From an uncultured Clostridia bacterium (GTDB lineage: Bacteria; Bacillota; Clostridia; TANB77; CAG-508), in NCBI GenBank assembly GCA_946529215.1, contig CAMMZC010000001.1, positions 158,180-222,179 of the forward strand: a DNA stretch of 64,000 nucleotides, written 5' to 3'. The notes below the pieces were generated by a model, which saw only the letters and a list, made by a program, of their open reading frames with translations, made no database searches and was not told the DNA's origin. Shown piece after piece: positions 47,710 through 56,261 of the stretch (within the stretch, counting starts at the first letter, position 1; every line of letters begins with the position of its first letter). Made by a program: the position numbers and the translations under genes.

Positions 47710-48366
47710 CTAATTGCTTTCTAATTGCTGTTTTATTTTTGCAGCCTTCTTTTTTATTCTTTGAATTGCAGTATCCACAGATTTCACTTTAGTTTTTAGT
47801 TTGTCTGCAATTGTTACATAAGAATATCCATTTTTGTAAAATTTAAGAACATCTTTTTCAAAATCACTTAAACTATTATCTATATTTTTTTCTACTAAAT
47901 CTATATATTCTTTTTGAGTAATAATCTCTAGCGGATCTTCTGCTCCTTTTTTTGTATCTAACACTTCCATTATAGTTGTTTCTCCATTTTCATCTTCATC
48001 ATAAGCTGCAGCATTTAAAGAAACTGAAGAATTCAAAGGCAAGTGCTTTTGTCTGTTAGAGTTCTTTACAGCAGTAATCAACTGTCTTTCTATGCAAATT
48101 GTTGCAAAAGTCTTGAAAGAATTTTGCTTTTGCTTATCAAATGACTTTACTGCCTTATATAGCCCTATATAGCCCTCTTGAACAATATCTTCTTTTTCAG
48201 AACCAACCATAAAAAACTTGCTGGCTTTCATATTAACAATGTCTTTGTATCTGCCCATTAAACAATCTAAAGCCACATTGTTTTGGTTATTTATTGCTTC
48301 ATTTATTAAGTTTTCATCTGTCATATCTTTATATTTTTCTAATTGAAAAATATCTGTTTCTGCCAT
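47710..48366 (-). CDS. sigH: RNA polymerase sporulation sigma factor SigH
   Basis: 218 aa. EDIVQEGYIGLYKAVKSFDKQKQNSFKTFATICIERQLITAVKNSNRQKH is the characteristic SigH region 2. C-terminal HTH. Confidence 0.8.
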   Translation of the reverse strand: MAETDIFQLEKYKDMTDENLINEAINNQNNVALDCLMGRYKDIVNMKASKFFMVGSEKEDIVQEGYIGLYKAVKSFDKQKQNSFKTFATICIERQLITAVKNSNRQKHLPLNSSVSLNAAAYDEDENGETTIMEVLDTKKGAEDPLEIITQKEYIDLVEKNIDNSLSDFEKDVLKFYKNGYSYVTIADKLKTKVKSVDTAIQRIKKKAAKIKQQLESN

Positions 48367-48398
48367 GTTTTATGCTCCTCCATCACTATGTTAGCTTT

Positions 48399-48427
48399 AT
48401 TATATTAATAAAAAATAGCAATGTCAA
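48399..48427 (-). promoter_or_regulatory. sigma-A promoter of sigH
   Basis: Minus strand TTGACA (48427-48422), 17 nt, TATAAT (48404-48399). Confidence 0.6.
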
Positions 48428-48445
48428 GAGTTTTAGAAAATTTTA

Positions 48446-48474
48446 TTGACATTTTTCGCACATTTGCATATAAT
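48446..48474 (+). promoter_or_regulatory. sigma-A promoter of asd (divergent from sigH)
   Basis: TTGACA, 17 nt, TATAAT. Confidence 0.6.
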
Positions 48475-48586
48475 ATAAAATGTAATAATATTTTCAAATT
48501 AATTAATTTGATTTTTTAATAATTAAGTTATAATTTACTATTAATATTTCTTTATATAAATTATAACTTCAATAGAAGGTGACTTT

Positions 48587-49573
48587 ATGAGTAAAACATA
48601 CAAATTAGCAATAGTCGGAGCTACAGGGTTGGTTGGAAGAACAGCCTTGAAAGTTTTAGAAGAAAAAAATCTTCCAAATTTTGAATACAAATTATTTTGT
48701 TCAAAAAAATCAGCAGGAACAAAACTTACATTTATGGGAAAAGAATATATCGCGGAAGAACTAACAGAAAAATCTTTTGATGAAGGTTTTGATTTTGCAA
48801 TATTTTCTGCAGGTGGCAATACATCAAAACATTTTGCACCTATTGCAGTATCTAAAGGATGTATAGTAATTGATAATAGTAGTGCATTTAGAATGGATGA
48901 AAATGTTCCACTTGTTGTGCCTGAAGTAAATCCTGAAGATATTTCTTGGAATAAAGGAATTATAGCAAATCCAAATTGTTCTACAATTCAAGCCGTTGTT
49001 CCTCTAAAACCTTTAGATGATAAATATAAAATAAAAAGAATTGTTTATTCAACATATCAAGCATGTTCTGGAGCAGGTCTTAGAGGTGTTGAAGACCTTA
49101 TAACAAAGGCTAAAGGAAATGACTTAAAAAAATTTGCACACCCTATTTACAACAATTGCCTACCTCATATTGATGTGTTTGAAGAAGATGGTTACACAAA
49201 AGAAGAACACAAGATGATTAATGAAACAAGAAAAATTCTTGGCAGACAAGATATAAGGATTACAGCAACAACTGTAAGAGTTCCTGTAGAAAATTGTCAT
49301 AGTGAAGCTATAAACATAGAATTCGAAAATGATTTTGTTTTAGAAGATGTTATTAACTTGCTTAAAAATTCACCAGGAATTATTGTTCAAGATGATGTTT
49401 CAAACAACATCTACCCTCTTTCTACAAATGCAAATGGTCATGATGAAGTTTTTGTTGGAAGAATAAGAAGAGATTTTAGCAACCCAAATTCTTTAAATTT
49501 ATGGGTTGTAGCAGATAATATAAGAAAAGGTGCAGCAAGCAATGCAATTCAAATTTTAGAAAAACTTATATAA
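48587..49573 (+). CDS. asd: aspartate-semialdehyde dehydrogenase
   Basis: KLAIVGATGLVGR Rossmann motif, active-site IANPNCSTIQ, and C-terminal DNIRKGAASNAIQI. Confidence 0.92.
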   Translation: MSKTYKLAIVGATGLVGRTALKVLEEKNLPNFEYKLFCSKKSAGTKLTFMGKEYIAEELTEKSFDEGFDFAIFSAGGNTSKHFAPIAVSKGCIVIDNSSAFRMDENVPLVVPEVNPEDISWNKGIIANPNCSTIQAVVPLKPLDDKYKIKRIVYSTYQACSGAGLRGVEDLITKAKGNDLKKFAHPIYNNCLPHIDVFEEDGYTKEEHKMINETRKILGRQDIRITATTVRVPVENCHSEAINIEFENDFVLEDVINLLKNSPGIIVQDDVSNNIYPLSTNANGHDEVFVGRIRRDFSNPNSLNLWVVADNIRKGAASNAIQILEKLI

Positions 49574-49588
49574 ATTAATTATCATAAT

Positions 49589-49764
49589 TGAATATATAAA
49601 TATTTTTCGAATAATCTTAAGTAACTTTCATTTACACTAAAAACTTCTAACTAATTTTGCAAGCACCCTCAAAAAAATTTGTTTTGAGATTCCCTTGCAA
49701 AATTATTAAGATTTTTTAAGTTATTCAGTTAATTAAGATTATTACTCAAAATATTATATATTCA
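49589..49764. other. 176-nt imperfect palindrome (rod-like hairpin): structured RNA, extended terminator or MITE-like element
   Basis: Nested complementary blocks: TGAATATATAAATATTTT/AAAATATTATATATTCA, GAATAATCTTAAGTAACT/AGTTAATTAAGATTATTAC, AATTTTGCAAG/CTTGCAAAATT and CTCAAAA/TTTTGAG, around a 7-nt apical loop. Confidence 0.5.
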
Positions 49765-49804
49765 TTTAATAATCTAAATTATTTAGTAAAAAAAGGAGAT
49801 ACAA

Positions 49805-50887
49805 ATGAGTATTCAAAATGAATTAAGAAAAGAAGGAATAGAAATAATAACCAAACTTGACCCATTAATTTCAAATGATATATGTAAAAATGTTTCTCGT
49901 AGAATTGTAGAAACTTTTCCAAACTTTGAAATTACTGAAGAAGAGCTTTGTAAAGAACTTTCACAAATAACTATGTACAGAGCTAAAATGATTGAAGGAA
50001 TGGCAGAAGCAAATTATTATTATAAAGATTCTTCTATCTACTTTAACGAAAATATAGATTATTCAGATATTGAAGAATTTGCAATTCATGAATGTATTCA
50101 TCATATTCAAAAAATCCAAGATGATGATGGTAAATTATTAAAACTTGGTCTATGTACCTATAATAATCTTAAACCTACAGGGCTAGCCTTAAATGAAGCC
50201 GCTGTTCAATATACTTCATGCATTATAATTGGAGTAGATGCAGATTTTGAAAAATATTATGGAATTTCTCTTGTAACACCTAGTCCTTCATACTACCCTC
50301 TTGAATGTAGTTTGCTAAATCAACTTATATTTTTCACAGGAAAAGATATATTATTTAAAAGTACCCTATTTTCTACAGATGATTTTAAAAATAAAATTAT
50401 AGAGATAACTTCTGAAAAAACATACAAAAAGCTTTTAGTTTTATTAGATAGTATATTAAAATATGAAGAAAAAATAGTTATTTTAAACAATAAAGCTTTT
50501 TCTTTAAAAGATGGAGATTCAAAAGCTGATAACATTAATAAAAAAATAGAAAATTTAAAAGAAAAAATTTCTAACAATTACTTAAAAACACAAAATATAA
50601 TAATAAAAGAGTTTTTCGAATATGAATTTAATAAAATTTCTAACCTTGAAGAATTAGAGCAATTTAGACATAAATTATCAGATTTTGCTGAATTAATTGG
50701 AACAACGGAAGATTACACATTTTTTGATAATTATTATGTAGAAACAATGAATAGTTTAGAGCATAAATGTAATATGTTGGAAAATGGTGGTCAAGAAACA
50801 GCACTATCTAAAAAACGTACAAATCCAATTTTGGCGTTTTTGCAAAAATTGTTCAAATATAAAAATTCGAAAGAATTTGATATATGA
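49805..50887 (+). CDS. hypothetical protein with HExxH (putative zinc-metallopeptidase) motif
   Basis: 360 aa. EFAIHECIHHIQ contains H-E-x-x-H. The C-terminal half looks helical/coiled. AAGGAG RBS. Confidence 0.45.
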   Translation: MSIQNELRKEGIEIITKLDPLISNDICKNVSRRIVETFPNFEITEEELCKELSQITMYRAKMIEGMAEANYYYKDSSIYFNENIDYSDIEEFAIHECIHHIQKIQDDDGKLLKLGLCTYNNLKPTGLALNEAAVQYTSCIIIGVDADFEKYYGISLVTPSPSYYPLECSLLNQLIFFTGKDILFKSTLFSTDDFKNKIIEITSEKTYKKLLVLLDSILKYEEKIVILNNKAFSLKDGDSKADNINKKIENLKEKISNNYLKTQNIIIKEFFEYEFNKISNLEELEQFRHKLSDFAELIGTTEDYTFFDNYYVETMNSLEHKCNMLENGGQETALSKKRTNPILAFLQKLFKYKNSKEFDI

Positions 50888-50930
50888 GAACAACAGGAGC
50901 GTGATTGAATTTTTATTGTCTTAAAATTAT

Positions 50931-51635
50931 TCACACGCTCCGTCTTTGTTCTAGAAATTCAATTATTTTTTTATTATAATTCAAATTTTCACTATACATA
51001 TTTTCAATATCAACAATATCTTTTAAATCATTATTTTTAAATATTTGTTGAATATCTATATCTTTCGAAAAATATGTAACCTCTTTATATACTTTGGATT
51101 TTTTATTTTTAGAAAAAATAGCTATAATCTTGTTGTCTTCAATTATGTTATTTTTCAAATTGTCTTGAATTAATGTTTTAGGATAATAATATTTCATTTT
51201 TTCATTATTAGAATTTAACTTTGAAAAACCTAAACAGAAGTGTGTATTTCCAACGACTTTCTCAATTTTAATATTTAACTTATTTTCATTATATTCACCT
51301 ATTCTTTTAGCACTTTTACTAATATACATTGCATTTTCTAAAATTTCTAATTTTAATTGAGTAAACTGCTTATCTTTAATTTTTATACTATTAGGTGAAA
51401 TTCTATTTTTTAAACATTCTTTAAAAAACTCTTCTGCATTCTTTTTATACTTTATTCCTGTAAAATGTAAAAAGTTTTGCCCTAAAAATAATGTTTCTAT
51501 AAATTCTATTTTTCTATTTTTCTTGTCTTTAAAAATAAATATAATATTTTTATTTAAAAGATTCGTCTTATATTTTTTTGCGCTTTCACATATTCTATTT
51601 ATTATTTCTTTGTTGTTATAATTATTGTAATACAT
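50931..51635 (-). CDS. uncharacterised 234-aa protein, candidate nuclease toxin (NFLHFTG motif, possibly PBECR/BECR-fold)
   Basis: RBS TAGGAGATAT before the ATG at 51635. Motif block FIETLFLGQNFLHFTGIKY ... RIGEY ... HFCLGFSK ... YYYPKTLIQD recalls (from memory, unverified) the PBECR4 family. Preceded by a repeat array and a terminator hairpin. Confidence 0.5.
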   Translation of the reverse strand: MYYNNYNNKEIINRICESAKKYKTNLLNKNIIFIFKDKKNRKIEFIETLFLGQNFLHFTGIKYKKNAEEFFKECLKNRISPNSIKIKDKQFTQLKLEILENAMYISKSAKRIGEYNENKLNIKIEKVVGNTHFCLGFSKLNSNNEKMKYYYPKTLIQDNLKNNIIEDNKIIAIFSKNKKSKVYKEVTYFSKDIDIQQIFKNNDLKDIVDIENMYSENLNYNKKIIEFLEQRRSV

Positions 51636-51659
51636 ATATCTCCTATCTCATAAACTTAT

Positions 51660-51700
51660 AAATGGGCAATATTTTGTTCAACTCAAAATACTACCCATTT
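51660..51700 (-). terminator. hairpin (attenuator/terminator) between the repeat array and the 234-aa ORF
   Basis: Minus-sense AAAUGGGUAGUAUUUU-GAGUUGAAC-AAAAUAUUGCCCAUUU. This is 16 bp with two G-U pairs on the minus strand. The same positions would be C-A/A-C mismatches on the plus strand. Followed by AUAAGUUUAU. Confidence 0.55.
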
Positions 51701-51709
51701 AATGTACGG

Positions 51710-51861
51710 TTTTTCCGTTGTGTAGTCAACAACAGGTCTATTCACCCTGCACTAATTCCTACATTGTCTTGCAGTCTGGCCTGCATTACTTGTTTAGGTT
51801 CCAGATTTTTCCGTTGTGTAGTCAACAACAGGTCTATTCACCCTGCACTAATTCCTACATT
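51710..51861 (-). ncRNA. two identical 56-nt direct repeats (96-nt period), candidate repeat-type antitoxin RNA
   Basis: TTTTTCCGTTGTGTAGTCAACAACAGGTCTATTCACCCTGCACTAATTCCTACATT at 51710-51765 and 51806-51861 (56/56 identical), separated by a 40-nt unique spacer. Lies between a perfect promoter and a hairpin. The strand is inferred from that promoter and hairpin. Confidence 0.55.
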
Positions 51862-51895
51862 ATTATAGAGCCGTACCTCTTTTTATACTATATTC

Positions 51896-51924
51896 ATTTT
51901 ACTATAAAATTATGTAAATGTCAA
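51896..51924 (-). promoter_or_regulatory. sigma-A promoter driving the repeat array
   Basis: Minus strand TTGACA (51924-51919), 17 nt, TAAAAT (51901-51896). Confidence 0.6.
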
Positions 51925-51934
51925 GAAAAACATT

Positions 51935-51953
51935 TCGACAAAAATCGACAAAA
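51935..51953. promoter_or_regulatory. two direct TCGACAAAA repeats with 10-nt period, 10 nt upstream of the -35
   Basis: TCGACAAAA at 51935-51943 and 51945-51953. The same 9-mer pair occurs in inverted arrangement at 29455-29489. Confidence 0.35.
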
Positions 51954-52017
51954 TATTGAAATAGCAAGAATTTAATGTAAATTTAGAATTCTTAAATTTG
52001 CATTTTTTCTAAAATAT

Positions 52018-53109
52018 TTAAGGTTTTATCGAAACTTTTGCACTCTTTGGACAAATATTAATCCAAGTGTTTCCATCATTTACTTCTAAAACTTCTCCTG
52101 TTGTAGCATTTGTATATATAGTTTTACTTCTTCTATTTTCTTTTTTACATTTAATTTTTATTGCTTTTCCATTAGTAATATAATATCCATCAAATGTTCC
52201 TATATTGTGTAAATCTTGTCTATCCTTTGTCGTTCCATCATTTAGTTGTGAATTATTTGCAAACATTATTATAATATTTTTTGTTGTAATACTTTTTCCT
52301 GTTGTGTAATCTTTTTGAAGAACTCCTCTTGCATATCTTGTATATCTACCAGTTTTCGAATCATATTTATATGTAACATTTTGCATATATGAATGTGGTA
52401 TTTTTACTTCTGTAGCTTTTTGTCCATCTGCAAGTTCTACTTCTTCACTTGCATATTTTAATACACTTGAAACATTTGAAGTAGTTTTATAATTGTTCTT
52501 TTTTGCAGCTTGCAAAATTGTTTTTGTAGAAGTCATTGCATTGTGTGGAGCTTTTTTTGCAGAAATTCTCCAAAATGTTGGCTTTCCATAATAAATTCCA
52601 TTTATATTGTTTATTCCTAAACTAGAAATATCATTTTTAGCTTTTGGGCTCCATCCATAATGTGCATAAATCGCATCATTTTCCATTACGTAGTCTAAGA
52701 AGTAATGTCTTGAACTACGTACAGGTCCTATAGTATCTACATCTTGTCCTTTAAATAATGCCATTAACCTTGTTTCTCCACCTTCTACAATTATTTCATA
52801 AACAAGATATGTTTTGTTTAGTCCTGCTTGTGGCCATGCTCCTTTATGGTTATCTATCATTACAGCAATTGGTCTGTCATCACCTTTAAAAATCTCCGCT
52901 TCTTTTTTTACTTCCATTTGTGGTTCTTCTGTTACTTCATTTTCGGTAACATCATTTTCAACATCATTTGATTGTGCAATTTGTGTATTTTGAGCATTCT
53001 TTTTATCTAAAAATATTTTTGTTCCCAAAACAGCTCCTAAAATTACTATTACTGCTATAATAGCGATTATAAAAATACTTTTTTTAGACTTTCTTTCTTT
53101 TCTTGACAT
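52018..53109 (-). CDS. DUF3048-family (YerB-like) secreted/anchored protein
   Basis: N-terminal anchor, then RPIAVMIDNHKGAWPQAGLNKTYLVYEIIVEGGETRLMALF, characteristic of DUF3048. Confidence 0.75.
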   Translation of the reverse strand: MSRKERKSKKSIFIIAIIAVIVILGAVLGTKIFLDKKNAQNTQIAQSNDVENDVTENEVTEEPQMEVKKEAEIFKGDDRPIAVMIDNHKGAWPQAGLNKTYLVYEIIVEGGETRLMALFKGQDVDTIGPVRSSRHYFLDYVMENDAIYAHYGWSPKAKNDISSLGINNINGIYYGKPTFWRISAKKAPHNAMTSTKTILQAAKKNNYKTTSNVSSVLKYASEEVELADGQKATEVKIPHSYMQNVTYKYDSKTGRYTRYARGVLQKDYTTGKSITTKNIIIMFANNSQLNDGTTKDRQDLHNIGTFDGYYITNGKAIKIKCKKENRRSKTIYTNATTGEVLEVNDGNTWINICPKSAKVSIKP

Positions 53110-53121
53110 ACCAAATACCTC

Positions 53122-53601
53122 CTAATTTCTTGTTATATTAAGCTTATTTAACACATTTTCTTCTTTAGGTCTCATTCTAAGCTTATCTGCTTCTTTTATA
53201 TGGTCATATCCCATCAAGTGATAAAAACTATGGACTACCATATATGCAAGTTCTCTTTCAAAACTATGTCCATATTCTTTAGCTTGAACTTCTACTTGAG
53301 GAATTGAAATTACCATATCTCCTAAAATGTCTATATTTTCAAAATCTTTATTTTTTATTTTTGTTTCTAATTCCTCTTTTTCAAACATTGGAAATGACAA
53401 TACATCTGTTTCTTTATCTATGTTTCTATATTCTCTATTATATTTCCTTATGTTTTCAGGTGTTGTAAGAGTAATACTTATATAAAGTTTTGAATCTTCT
53501 AAACCTTCTACTTTAAAACATTCCTCTACAACCTTTTTTATTATTTCTTCATATTCTTTTTTTTCTTCAATATCTAAGTATTGAATTTCGAACTTGTCCA
53601 T
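53122..53601 (-). CDS. ybeY: rRNA maturation endoribonuclease YbeY
   Basis: HSFYHLMGYDH zinc-binding motif, 159 aa. Confidence 0.9.
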   Translation of the reverse strand: MDKFEIQYLDIEEKKEYEEIIKKVVEECFKVEGLEDSKLYISITLTTPENIRKYNREYRNIDKETDVLSFPMFEKEELETKIKNKDFENIDILGDMVISIPQVEVQAKEYGHSFERELAYMVVHSFYHLMGYDHIKEADKLRMRPKEENVLNKLNITRN

Positions 53602-53661
53602 TTTTACTCCTTAAAATTTGTAACTTATCTGTATACTATCATAAAATTCTAAGACCCAAAA

Positions 53662-54897
53662 CTAAAATATGCTTTTATTATTTTCTGCCAATTCTCTTAT
53701 TTTTGTTTTAGAACTATATCTTCCTTCAGACTTAAAGTTATCTATTTGTTTCATAACTCCATAATCGACTAACTTTCTCTTGTAATATTTTATTAAACCT
53801 GAATAATCATATTTTGTATCTTGTATTTTTGTCATATCATTTTTTATAAACAATACTTCTTTTTGCTTAATATATTCTATATAATCTGTCTCTTTAAGTT
53901 TTTCAATGCCTTTAAATTCTTGCCAAAAATTCTTAAAGCTTTCTCTTTCTTTCATATCATTCCAATAAACTTTAGTTGATAACATTCTTGTATTATACTC
54001 TTCTATTACATTTATTAAAGTATTGTAAGCTTTTTCTCTCTTTGCAGCAATTTTTGTATCTTGTACCAAAGCTCTTGCATCTTTTAAAATCTTATTATAA
54101 CACTGTTCTGCAACAGCAAGTGGTAAACTATGTGTGAATAATTTTCTGCTAATTGCTAGTAAAAACATATTTTTTTCTATTTGGTCTCTTTGATCTAATT
54201 TTCCAACAGAAAATCCTTCATATTTATCATATTCTTTTTTTATCTCGTTATATTGATCTTTATCTATTTCAAATTTTAAAGGTAAAATATTTCTAATGTA
54301 TTCTTCCAATGTATTAAAAATTTTTATATAAATCCACTCTTTGCTTGAGTCATAAACATTTGTAGTATCTGCAAGTTTTATAGAATAATTTTTTAAAATT
54401 CCTTTATATAACCAATCCATTTTAGATACATAAAATTTATTGTATTTATCTATTAATTTATCTTTTTTTGAAATTCTTACATTTTGAGCATCAAGTTCTA
54501 TTAAATATTTTTGTTTTCTAAATTTATATTCTACATATTCATTTTCTTTTAAAGATATTACCCCATAATACCTAGATAATGCATCTTTTTCGAAATCTGT
54601 CGCAGTATTATTCTTTACTTTTTTATAAACTGAATCCATTACATATTTATCAAGTGACTCTAAATATGCAGTATATGCTGATTCATATTTTTTTTCTAAG
54701 TTATCTTTTTCATCTGCTTCATAGTCATCAGATGTAAATTTATCAAATGCTTTAATCATAAGATTTCTTTTGCTAGAAATCAACAATCCATTTATTCCTA
54801 CTTTTGTTGGTATTAAAATTTTATTTATTGTAGTTGTTAATTTTGTAAAAAATGTTTTATTCGCTCCTGTTATTTTCAAACTCTTCTCTTCTACCAT
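53662..54897 (-). CDS. hypothetical protein (411 aa, Lys/Tyr/Glu-rich)
   Basis: Long ORF between yqfD and ybeY with 14-nt spacing to yqfD. No motif recognised. Confidence 0.5.
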   Translation of the reverse strand: MVEEKSLKITGANKTFFTKLTTTINKILIPTKVGINGLLISSKRNLMIKAFDKFTSDDYEADEKDNLEKKYESAYTAYLESLDKYVMDSVYKKVKNNTATDFEKDALSRYYGVISLKENEYVEYKFRKQKYLIELDAQNVRISKKDKLIDKYNKFYVSKMDWLYKGILKNYSIKLADTTNVYDSSKEWIYIKIFNTLEEYIRNILPLKFEIDKDQYNEIKKEYDKYEGFSVGKLDQRDQIEKNMFLLAISRKLFTHSLPLAVAEQCYNKILKDARALVQDTKIAAKREKAYNTLINVIEEYNTRMLSTKVYWNDMKERESFKNFWQEFKGIEKLKETDYIEYIKQKEVLFIKNDMTKIQDTKYDYSGLIKYYKRKLVDYGVMKQIDNFKSEGRYSSKTKIRELAENNKSIF

Positions 54898-54911
54898 AGT
54901 TTCTCATCCTT

Positions 54912-56096
54912 TCAAAATTCAATTTTTTTATATGTTTCTATATTTTCTAATACCTCGTAGGTTACACACACTTCAACACTATCTTCATGCTCAATTGTAT
55001 CAACTTTTGTTTCAAGTATGTTTTCTTTATTTGCTATATCTTTTTCAATCGCTCTGCTTAATTGTTCTTTTCCTAATTCAATTGCTTCTTCTTTATTGTA
55101 TTTTTGCATTTCTTTTACTTGTTCTTTATTTGTTATTTCCACTACAGAAATAGGCAAATAAAAATTAGAAAATACTTTTAATTTTTTTTCTGTATATATT
55201 GTATCATAAATTTTAAATTTTGAAAGGGTTTTGTAAAAATTTATTTGAAAATTATTGAATTTTATTTGAAACTTTTTTTCTTCATCTCCTGTATCCTTTA
55301 GTTTTTCTTGATTTAGATAAATTCTCTCACTTTTATAATATTTTATTTTTGCCTGAACGAATCCAAGACTATGCACATATCTTTTGTCTGTATATTTTCC
55401 TTCCATATATCCTGCAATTAAAATATCTCCTTCATTCACTTCATCTCCTTCATTTACTACAGCTGTACCATTTTGCGCAATTATTTTTGTAATAATACCA
55501 GATTTTTTTGCTACTATATTGCAGTAATCCGAATTATCTAGTAAATCAGGTTTTTCATCTGCTTTTACAGCTTTTATAATTACATTTGTACCTTTTAAGT
55601 CAATTCCAATCCATGAAATATCATTCCTTTTAAGCCTAAGTTCATTAATTAATTTTTCTTTTTCTATTTTTGATTTAAGTACCCCTTTTCTTAATCCCAA
55701 ATCTGCTAAATCTTCCTCAATTTGCTCTATTTGTAAATTATCTTCAACCTGAACTTCTATATTCCACACATATTTTGAACTTGTATATATAGCAAATGCA
55801 ATTATAATTAAAAAAATTGCAAATATTTTTCTTTTTTTATATCTATGTAAAATAAACGGTATTCCTTTTTTCTTATTTATTTTTATTTTGCAATTTGTTT
55901 TTCTTGCTATATTTTTAAGTTTTTTAAAATCTTTTATTCCTATATTTAAGTAGAGTTTTACTCCTTTTTTTCTTTTTAAATTCCATATAAATATTTTTTT
56001 GTTTTGGCATATATTTATAAATCGCTCAATATAGTAGCCTTCAACCTCTATTCTTACATAGCCAAATATTAATCTTAGCAAAATTCCTATATACAT
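54912..56096 (-). CDS. yqfD: sporulation protein YqfD
   Basis: GYVRIEVEGYYIERFINICQNKKIFIWNLKRK N-terminus, a central TM, and YqfD-like C-terminal domain. AAAGGAG RBS. Confidence 0.85.
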   Translation of the reverse strand: MYIGILLRLIFGYVRIEVEGYYIERFINICQNKKIFIWNLKRKKGVKLYLNIGIKDFKKLKNIARKTNCKIKINKKKGIPFILHRYKKRKIFAIFLIIIAFAIYTSSKYVWNIEVQVEDNLQIEQIEEDLADLGLRKGVLKSKIEKEKLINELRLKRNDISWIGIDLKGTNVIIKAVKADEKPDLLDNSDYCNIVAKKSGIITKIIAQNGTAVVNEGDEVNEGDILIAGYMEGKYTDKRYVHSLGFVQAKIKYYKSERIYLNQEKLKDTGDEEKKFQIKFNNFQINFYKTLSKFKIYDTIYTEKKLKVFSNFYLPISVVEITNKEQVKEMQKYNKEEAIELGKEQLSRAIEKDIANKENILETKVDTIEHEDSVEVCVTYEVLENIETYKKIEF

Positions 56097-56111
56097 GTAG
56101 GCTCCTTTCTG

Positions 56112-56137
56112 GGTTCCTTTTGGGGACGGAGGAAAAA
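56112..56137. repeat. copy d of the GGTTCC/GGGGACGGAGG repeat family
   Basis: GGTTCCTTTTGGGGACGGAGGAAAAA, 16 nt upstream of the yqfD start. Confidence 0.6.
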
Positions 56138-56208
56138 ATCCACCTCACATCCGTTATTGTCGATTCTTTTGCACATTAACTTCTTTATTTAATTTTATGT
56201 TTTAAGCG

Positions 56209-56250
56209 CAAAAAAATACCTACAGATTTAAGTACTAAAATCTGTAGATA
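56209..56250 (-). terminator. rho-independent terminator of the alpha-2-macroglobulin-like gene
   Basis: Minus-sense stem TATCTACAGATTT/AAATCTGTAGGTA followed by UUUUUUU. Confidence 0.7.
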
Positions 56251-56261
56251 TTTTCAACTCT

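Noticed and set aside
51710-51861. Possible mini-CRISPR array (two repeats plus one 40-nt spacer).
   Set aside because: There are only two repeats, and each is 56 nt, which is too long for CRISPR repeats. There are no cas genes and no leader-like context. The promoter, repeat, hairpin, ORF layout fits a repeat-RNA/toxin module better.
51662-51975. 68-aa and 85-aa plus-strand ORFs spanning the 56-nt repeats.
   Set aside because: Their internally repeated peptides simply mirror the DNA repeats. They lack an RBS and run opposite to the promoter and hairpin polarity.
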